Of a stretch of 64,000 bases of DNA, positions 57,374-64,000 are shown in pieces (the stretch's first letter is position 1; each line of letters starts with the position of its first letter). The DNA is from Synechococcus sp. Its GTDB lineage: Bacteria; Cyanobacteriota; Cyanobacteriia; Thermostichales; PCC-7336. The notes beneath the pieces were generated by a model. It worked only from the letters and a program-made list of their open reading frames with translations. It had not been told where the DNA came from and ran no database searches. Both the position numbers and the translations under genes were made by a program. The stretch spans positions 32,001 through 96,000 of the forward strand of contig JBFRWN010000075.1 of assembly GCA_051439605.1 (NCBI GenBank), given 5' to 3'.

Positions 57374-57484
57374 ACCCAAGGGAACAACGGGCAGGTGGGG
57401 CCCCATCCAGACCCCCTGCGCCAATCTCGCAATTCGCAATTCTCTGTACACTGAGTAGGACATTTTTCGCTAGAGACAAAACCT

Positions 57485-58339
57485 GTGCAGCCTTCGACCA
57501 CCTGGGAAATGGATTTTTTCTCCCGACCGCTGCTGGACAAGCGCGGCAAGCGGGTGTGGGAATTACTGGTGTGCGATCGCCATGGGGTCTACAAGCGACA
57601 GAGCTACTGTGCCAATACTCAAGCCACCACCCCTTGGGTGGCGGCCCAGCTTGAGCAATGGATCGAGGAAGCCCCTGTCAAACCAACGGTCATCCGGGCC
57701 TACCGCGAGCGTATGAAGACAATATTGCAGCGTTCCTGCGACAAGGTGGAGGTGCCCCTTCGCATGACCCGACGGGTGTTTGCCCTAGCTGACTGGATGC
57801 AGCAGAGGGCTAGAGAGATCTATCCCAACGAAGGTGATTACAGTTACGAACCGGAGAGCTTAACGATTCAGATTGAGACGGAGCGGGATGCCCCCCAACG
57901 GCTGCCGGATGCACTGGTGGCGGATAGTTGGGCCATGGTGACCTTGCGGGTGCAGGATATCCGCGAGGCGAGGGATTGGCCAAAGGAATTTGGCGAGCTA
58001 TTTGGTATGGATTGGGATCGGCTCGATCCGGATGTGTTGGTACCGGGACTGTTGCTAGTGTCAAACCGTGCCCGCCCCATGGCTGCTTGGATGACCGGAG
58101 TGGAACCGGTCTTCCTCAAAGCGTTTGGCGGGGAACAGGGGGGATTGGTGTTAGAGGCGGGATCGAACGATCGCTACGTTTTGGCTCGGTTCCACAATGA
58201 AGGGATGCGTAACGAAGGTAATCAGTTTGAAGGTCGCAAACTAGACGTACGCGGTCTCCACTTTCTGGGTATCCAATCAGACCCCGACGACAGGAAATTT
58301 GCAGGTTTCTGGATGTTGAGAGAAGTGGACCTCCCTTGA
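57485..58339 (+). CDS. Tab2/Atab2-family RNA-binding protein
   Basis: WEMDFFSRP..DKRGKRVWEL, GLHFLGIQ, FAGFWML. Confidence 0.9.
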   Translation: MQPSTTWEMDFFSRPLLDKRGKRVWELLVCDRHGVYKRQSYCANTQATTPWVAAQLEQWIEEAPVKPTVIRAYRERMKTILQRSCDKVEVPLRMTRRVFALADWMQQRAREIYPNEGDYSYEPESLTIQIETERDAPQRLPDALVADSWAMVTLRVQDIREARDWPKEFGELFGMDWDRLDPDVLVPGLLLVSNRARPMAAWMTGVEPVFLKAFGGEQGGLVLEAGSNDRYVLARFHNEGMRNEGNQFEGRKLDVRGLHFLGIQSDPDDRKFAGFWMLREVDLP

Positions 58340-58520
58340 ATGTTTCGGGGGGGATAAAGCGACCGTCAAGTCGCTCAAGAGATCTCAGTTATCCAGTCCC
58401 TAACTTTGCATAGATTTTTCGGTCCTAACAGAGATGCCCAATGCTATGGAAGATTGAGTCAGAGACATGAGAAGCGATTGCAAATTGCCCAATCCCTACC
58501 ACTCAGCGATCGTGGTAGTC

Positions 58521-59132
58521 CTACAGAACAGCGGAGTTTGCTGCTTGCAAATTCTTCAACTCTTGCAAAACCTCTTGACTGTGCAGCGTAGGGGCCACAA
58601 TTGGATAGACAGTCTGAAGTACCCCATCAGGATCGATGATGAACGTGTTACGCAGCGCCATCTCCCCTAGCCAAGAGCCATAGCGAGTACTGACTTCGCC
58701 CCCCGGATCGGATAGGAGCGGGAACTTCAGTCTTTCCGAATCGCAAAACTCTCTGTGGCTGGTCACCGAATCTGCACTGATGCCAATAATTTCGGCGTCA
58801 ATTGCGTTGTATTTGGGTAAGTCCTTCTGGAAACGACGGGCCTCTATGGTGCAGCCGGAGGTAAAGTCTTTGGGATAGAAGTACAACACCACCCAATGCC
58901 CCTGCCATTCTGATAGATGGCGGAGTTCTCCGCTCTCATCCAGCAGTTCGAAGTCGGGTGCCAGTTCCCCTTCCACTGGCAGCATAGTTGTCCCCCATTG
59001 CTCACCCCCTTGCAAGTCGGCGGCAGAAGCGGATATGTTCTCAAGCGTCAGCTTGAGGGGATTGAAGGAGTTCGGGCTGATTAGAAGGCATAGAACTGCA
59101 ATGAAACCAACCATCCAGCGTACACATACCAT
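58521..59132 (-). CDS. bcp: Peroxiredoxin BCP/PrxQ with N-terminal signal; start uncertain
   Basis: VVLYFYPKDFTSGCTIEA, RNTFIIDP. Confidence 0.9.
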   Translation of the reverse strand: MVCVRWMVGFIAVLCLLISPNSFNPLKLTLENISASAADLQGGEQWGTTMLPVEGELAPDFELLDESGELRHLSEWQGHWVVLYFYPKDFTSGCTIEARRFQKDLPKYNAIDAEIIGISADSVTSHREFCDSERLKFPLLSDPGGEVSTRYGSWLGEMALRNTFIIDPDGVLQTVYPIVAPTLHSQEVLQELKNLQAANSAVL

Positions 59133-59234
59133 TGCAATTCAAAAACGCAATATTACTGGATTCAGTGTAAGCGATTAGTTATTGGAGGGAATAGGGCGCT
59201 AATTACTTTGTGCCAACCGTAGTGTGTCTGTCGG

Positions 59235-59942
59235 TTAAGCGATATAGATCAAAATGAAATCTAGAGTTTGTTGTTTGAGATAGTTCTTATAGACGGCTGT
59301 CTCGCCAAATTTACTAAAAGAGTTATGACTCTGATGCTCCAATACCGCATCTATTTGCTTTTGAGTGAGCAGTTTTGCAGTTTTAAGATATTGTCCGATG
59401 GGTTGTTTTTGACTGACTGTCGGGATACAGAGCAGTGTGTCGGCGAAGAAGTCTACAGTTTCTTGCTGAATCCAGCCTCTTAGAGCAAGGATTTCGCCAA
59501 TTCGTAGATCGGTTCGATATTGGGCATCCATCAAGGCTACTTCGATCTGATGGGGACCGATCAAGCCGGCTTTGAGTAGAGCTTGTCCGAGCAGCAGTTT
59601 TGGAAGTAGAGGTGAGCTCGGCAGTATCTCATGTTTTTCGCTAGAAGGACCGACCCGCTGGGAAGAGTCGATCGATTCAACCGGGTGTAAGTGGGAAAAA
59701 CTTTGCTGAGAGGCTTCTCTCTTAAGCTGGAGTTCATCCCATTCCTTGATAACAAGCTTTGCGAGCTGGGGGGAGAATCCATTGATTTTGCAAAGTCGTT
59801 CCTCGATCAGGGATCTTCGTTCCGGAAGGGGGATCTCAGTCCGCGTTACGTAAAAACGCTCGATTTCGTGAAGTGGACTAGCAACTGCAGCAGACCAACC
59901 GGAGGAACTAGGCGATAAGAGGTTCGATAGTTGTGAAAGCAC
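59235..59942 (-). CDS. Hypothetical protein with MshEN-like repeats (paralog 1)
   Basis: LGQALLKAGLI..QI..AL, RIGEILALRGWI; GTG start inferred from the upstream GGAG shared with paralog 2. Confidence 0.75.
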   Translation of the reverse strand: MLSQLSNLLSPSSSGWSAAVASPLHEIERFYVTRTEIPLPERRSLIEERLCKINGFSPQLAKLVIKEWDELQLKREASQQSFSHLHPVESIDSSQRVGPSSEKHEILPSSPLLPKLLLGQALLKAGLIGPHQIEVALMDAQYRTDLRIGEILALRGWIQQETVDFFADTLLCIPTVSQKQPIGQYLKTAKLLTQKQIDAVLEHQSHNSFSKFGETAVYKNYLKQQTLDFILIYIA

Positions 59943-60394
59943 TTCCCCACGCTCCAGAAAGTTATCAACCAAATGTCTTACTTGTGGACAACATTACACC
60001 AGGCGCTAGTGTATATACACAAGAATTTTACTTTATTGCCAATAATTGATTGATTTACGTAACTTTTCTGATTGTATTAAGGACTTGGTGTGTCTTTAAC
60101 CGGTATAGTCTCCCCCAGTCTCTCAGGCCAATCTGCGTTGATTCTTTACAGAATCCCTTTGATAACATCGGGCTCGACGAACAAATCACTTGTAGTACTT
60201 CTAAGTCCAACCTCTCGCGCCAGAAAACCCTGAAATGTCTCTAGAGACTTTACAGTCGTGATATCTGTATGGAATCAAACTGTACCGAACGCTCGTTCGC
60301 ACTCGAGCAAGAGAAACGAATCCTCTACACATTTGCCCATCTCGGCCACCGAATGGTGTCCGAGGTTCAATATTGACGGCAGTTAACAAAATGG

Positions 60395-61111
60395 TCAAGA
60401 AATGTAAGTCAGCAGGAAATCTAGGGTTTGTTGCTTGATGTAGTTCATAGAGACAGCTGTCTCTCCAAATTTGCGAAAAGAGCCATTTAGCTGGCGGTCC
60501 AATACCAAATCAATTTGTTGCTGAGTCAAGAGTTTTGCGGCTTTAAGATATTGGCCGATACGCTCTTTCTGGGTGGCTGTCGCGATGTCGATTAATTGCT
60601 CAGCGAAGAAGTCTGCCGTCTCTTGCTGAATCCAACCTCGCAGAGCAAGAATTTCTCCAATTCTCAGATCGCTTCGATATTGAGCATCCATCAAGGCCAC
60701 TTCAATCTGATGAACACCGATCAAGCCAGCTTGCTGTAGGGCTTGGCCGAGTTGTATATGCGGGATAGAATCGTGCTCGATCGAAATATCATCGTCCCAT
60801 TCGGTCTCAAAACTGTCAAAACTGTCTATTTGAGAAGAATTGAGGGCTTTGCGACGTCGAGATTTAGGGCGACGCTTTTGCTTGATGAGTTCGGGATGGG
60901 CATCATCCCACTGTTTAACGATGGTTTTGGCCAGGTGAGGTGTAAACCCCTTCAATTGGCGGAGACGTTCCTTGGCAATAATCCGCCGCTTTTTAAGGGG
61001 TAATTCGGTGCTGTGGACGTAAAAGTTTTCAATTTCTTTTAAAGGGTTTGCAATAACGGCAGACCAGCCCGATTGCTTGGGTGAAATGAGGTTAGACAAT
61101 ATAGAAAGCAC
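60395..61111 (-). CDS. Hypothetical protein with MshEN-like repeats (paralog 2)
   Basis: Clearly homologous to 59235-59942 in N- and C-terminal regions; linker diverged. Confidence 0.75.
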   Translation of the reverse strand: MLSILSNLISPKQSGWSAVIANPLKEIENFYVHSTELPLKKRRIIAKERLRQLKGFTPHLAKTIVKQWDDAHPELIKQKRRPKSRRRKALNSSQIDSFDSFETEWDDDISIEHDSIPHIQLGQALQQAGLIGVHQIEVALMDAQYRSDLRIGEILALRGWIQQETADFFAEQLIDIATATQKERIGQYLKAAKLLTQQQIDLVLDRQLNGSFRKFGETAVSMNYIKQQTLDFLLTYIS

Positions 61112-61364
61112 TTGCCCCAATCTCCAGCGGCTTGACAGACGAAAGTCTTATTTGTCTCCATATAATACACGTTTTGAGAGTAAAATTACATAGGCGTGAG
61201 TATTATTTAGTGTTAAAACCGTATTTCTGCGTAGTCATCCCTGTTAAAACCATAAAGCAATGGGAGGGGAAGGGAGTTAGGAGGCTGAGGATCGCGGAAA
61301 AAGCGGAAAAGATTGCGAAAATTCATCGTGCCAACCCATCTGCTGAGTCAGGGAAAACATACTC

Positions 61365-62111
61365 ATGCTGCGACTGTTGAATCGACTGGTTATGTCCCTT
61401 TCCATCCTGATAGTTGCCAGTCTGCTGCTGTTTGGCTGGCTACTCTATCGGCAGCCCCGCTGGGCGTTGGATAGTATTACTCGCTGGTCCGAGGACCGGA
61501 TGCTGTTTTACTTCGATACCGAAGAGCCCGTGGTTGCATTAACGATTGACGATGGGCCCGATCGCGAAACAACTGTCCAGATTTTAGAGGTGTTGGAGAA
61601 GTATGACGCCAAGGCAACCTTCTTTTGGATTGGGGATCGTATTGAGGGAAACGAGGAGATACTTCGAGAGGCGGTGAAAGCTGGTATGGAAATGGGCAAC
61701 CACATGATGGAAGACCGCATGAGCCTCACCCTGTTCCTCAATCATGAATTTACCGAGCCCTTCAAGATGACAGAGAAGATAATTCTCGATGCAACGGGAC
61801 TGGAGTCTCTGAGTTGGTTTCGTCCCGGTCGGGGACTGTTTGTACCCCAAATGCTTGAACTTGTACAGGAGAAAGGCTACGGGTCCGTACTCGCTTCTTG
61901 CTTTCCTTACGACACGCTCTTAGGGGATCCGCACTTTTCTGCAGACTTTATTCTCAATCGCGTTCAACCGGGGTCAGTTATTCTGCTGCACGATCGCGGG
62001 GAGCGGGGTCAACGAACGGTCGAAGCCCTAGAATTGCTGCTACCAGAACTGAATCAACGGGGCTACACAGTCACTACACTCTCTGAGCTAGCCGAACTCT
62101 CTCAAGATTGA
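61365..62111 (+). CDS. Polysaccharide (chitin/NodB-type, CE4) deacetylase
   Basis: ALTIDDGP, ATFF, GNH, FRPG, ILLHD; N-terminal TM. Confidence 0.9.
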   Translation: MLRLLNRLVMSLSILIVASLLLFGWLLYRQPRWALDSITRWSEDRMLFYFDTEEPVVALTIDDGPDRETTVQILEVLEKYDAKATFFWIGDRIEGNEEILREAVKAGMEMGNHMMEDRMSLTLFLNHEFTEPFKMTEKIILDATGLESLSWFRPGRGLFVPQMLELVQEKGYGSVLASCFPYDTLLGDPHFSADFILNRVQPGSVILLHDRGERGQRTVEALELLLPELNQRGYTVTTLSELAELSQD

Positions 62112-62299
62112 AGGACCTCATGGGTATTTAGCGCCCCCTTGAGACGTGACAGGCAAGTTATCTTCAGCGATATCTCACATCCTCTTCAAACTTTCATAAG
62201 GTTGCTAATCAGAGAGTGTTCTGTAATGGTCGAAGAGGATTGCAAGCCATACAGACTTCACCTGTAATCCAAATCACATCATCTCCCACCGGGTAACCT

Positions 62300-63331
62300 A
62301 TGACCTGCACCCAAAGCTCTTCATCTGTTGCCGATCGTTCTCTTTCCGATTGCGGCGATCGCCTATTCATTCATTCCCTTGTCAACTCTGAAACCGCCCA
62401 GCAATCTGCCCGTCGGGATGCGATCGCGGGATTGAGCCAATCCCCCAAATCTTTGCCTCCCTACTTTTTTTACGACGATCGCGGATCGCAGCTATTCGAG
62501 CAAATCTGTCAGTTGCCGGAGTACTATCCCACCCGCATCGAAGCCATGATTTTGGAGAGCTACGCAGACGAAATCGTCAGCATCACCGGTTCCTGCGAAA
62601 TCGTTGAACTGGGTAGCGGCAGTTCCATCAAAACCCGCCTGCTGCTAAATGCCTACCAGACAGCTGGCTTCCCTTTACACTATTTACCCATTGACATCAG
62701 CGCGGGAATTTTGGAGCGCAGTGCAAAGGCGCTATTGCAGGACTATCCCCCCCTCACCATTCATGCCTTAGCCAGCACCTACGATCGCGGTCTGGAAAAC
62801 CTACCTATCCCCATGTTGCCCAACCGGGCAATCGCCTTCATTGGCAGCAGCCTAGGCAATCTCGACTCAGCAAGCTGCGATCGGTTTTTGCAGGCGATCG
62901 CCTCAGCCTTAAACGCAGGGGAATTTTTCCTTTTGGGCATTGACCTGCATAAGGATACGGCCATCCTTGAGGCTGCCTACGATGACAGTCAGGGCGTTAC
63001 GGCGGAATTCAACCTGAATATGCTGCAGCACCTCAATCACCGGTTTAACGGTAATTTTGACCTGAATGGGTTCGAGCATGTAGCCTACTACAACGAAGGC
63101 GATCGCCAAATTGAAATCTATTTAAAAAGCTTGGCAGCACAAACCGTGACACTAGCTGACCTCGACCTCACCGTTCAATTCGAGGCAGAAGAGCTCATGC
63201 TGACGGAAATCTCTCGCAAGTTCGACATCGCCCACATGCAACAGCAACTGAGCGCATTCGGCCTCCTGCCAGTCAACGTATGGAGCGACCCCAAACAGCA
63301 CTTTGCCCTCATTCTCTCCCAACGGTCCTGA
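62300..63331 (+). CDS. egtD: L-histidine N-alpha-methyltransferase (ergothioneine biosynthesis)
   Basis: YDDRGSQLFEQICQLPEYY, ELGSGSSIKT, AYDDSQGVTAEFN, TEISRKF. Confidence 0.93.
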   Translation: MTCTQSSSSVADRSLSDCGDRLFIHSLVNSETAQQSARRDAIAGLSQSPKSLPPYFFYDDRGSQLFEQICQLPEYYPTRIEAMILESYADEIVSITGSCEIVELGSGSSIKTRLLLNAYQTAGFPLHYLPIDISAGILERSAKALLQDYPPLTIHALASTYDRGLENLPIPMLPNRAIAFIGSSLGNLDSASCDRFLQAIASALNAGEFFLLGIDLHKDTAILEAAYDDSQGVTAEFNLNMLQHLNHRFNGNFDLNGFEHVAYYNEGDRQIEIYLKSLAAQTVTLADLDLTVQFEAEELMLTEISRKFDIAHMQQQLSAFGLLPVNVWSDPKQHFALILSQRS

Positions 63332-63383
63332 GGTCATCTTGTTTCAAGTTACGGGGAGGCGGGTTGTCTTCTTGTCCTGCCCC

Positions 63384-64000
63384 TCAGCTAGGCTCAATTG
63401 CGAAGTTCAACCCAATTTCAAACATTCGTTGCCAGGGTGAAAAGACGCCCAAATTCTTGATTTCCCAGTGCTGCCAGGAGTTTACAAACGTGCTGTCCCA
63501 CAACTGCATTAGTCTTTCCGCCATCTCTCCATTCACAGCACCTACTTGGCCGTTGAAATCGTAATAGGACGCGCCAATGGTGGGAAGAAAGTCTTCCAAC
63601 AGCCCCCAGCGCACCACCGACTGATACCCCCAGTCATCTAGCAGGCGATACATAATGTTGAAGGCGATCGCCTTTGACTCCTGACTCTCCGCCCCCAATA
63701 TCGCGGTTGCAATCGTACAGCCCAAGGTATTGCAGCAGGTATTCCATCCTCCATAGGCCAACAGCCGATCCCAGTAGCCCCCACGGTCCAAGACAGTGAC
63801 TAGCTCCGTATCTCCTCCATTGGCAAAGGCAACATCCGCAACGGCAATCTCTCGTCCTACAGCCAACTGCTCGCAAATGTGATTTGCAAACTCGGACAAC
63901 TGGCGATCGTCCTCTCGACTGAGCGCAAATTGCTCTTTTGCCTCAATCATTGCTCCATAAGGGGTGTTTACTGCTAACACCACATTTGCCTCATCCATCG
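63384..64000 (-). CDS. DUF4127-like protein, 5' part outside the window
   Basis: VADVAFANGGD, YGGWNT..NTLG, RLLDDWGYQ, PWQRMFEI. Confidence 0.75.
   Translation of the reverse strand, partial: MDEANVVLAVNTPYGAMIEAKEQFALSREDDRQLSEFANHICEQLAVGREIAVADVAFANGGDTELVTVLDRGGYWDRLLAYGGWNTCCNTLGCTIATAILGAESQESKAIAFNIMYRLLDDWGYQSVVRWGLLEDFLPTIGASYYDFNGQVGAVNGEMAERLMQLWDSTFVNSWQHWEIKNLGVFSPWQRMFEIGLNFAIEPS

Overview
Cyanobacterial chromosomal window: the HIP1 octamer GCGATCGC is frequent and the gene set (Tab2, cyAbrB, His-tailed CbiX, fbp-zwf) is cyanobacterial. Most of it is housekeeping or typical accessory DNA: a ggtBCDA-like osmolyte ABC transporter plus treZ; two multicopper oxidases; clpP; mnmG; grpE-dnaK-dnaJ-tusA-rsgA; fbp-zwf; aspS; an SNF2/SWIM pair; cbiX; a sulfotransferase with pssDE-like genes; a SagB-type oxidase; codA; bcp; egtD. 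I found no rRNA, tRNA, CRISPR array or intact mobile element. The notable features are not shown by the ORF track. (i) The cbiX leader holds a long stem, a complementary 8-mer (pseudoknot or switch) and a 30-aa uORF overlapping the probable cbiX start. (ii) Two operons have collapsed into deletion-fusion scars: GTP cyclohydrolase-like::upp, joined at a HIP1-core sequence, and zrgA::zrgC. (iii) Two tandem paralogs carry four MshEN-like motifs each. (iv) There is a decayed duplicate of an alpha/beta hydrolase C-terminus and an IS630 remnant. (v) Two domain fusions look unusual. All family assignments come from motif recognition by eye, not database searches.
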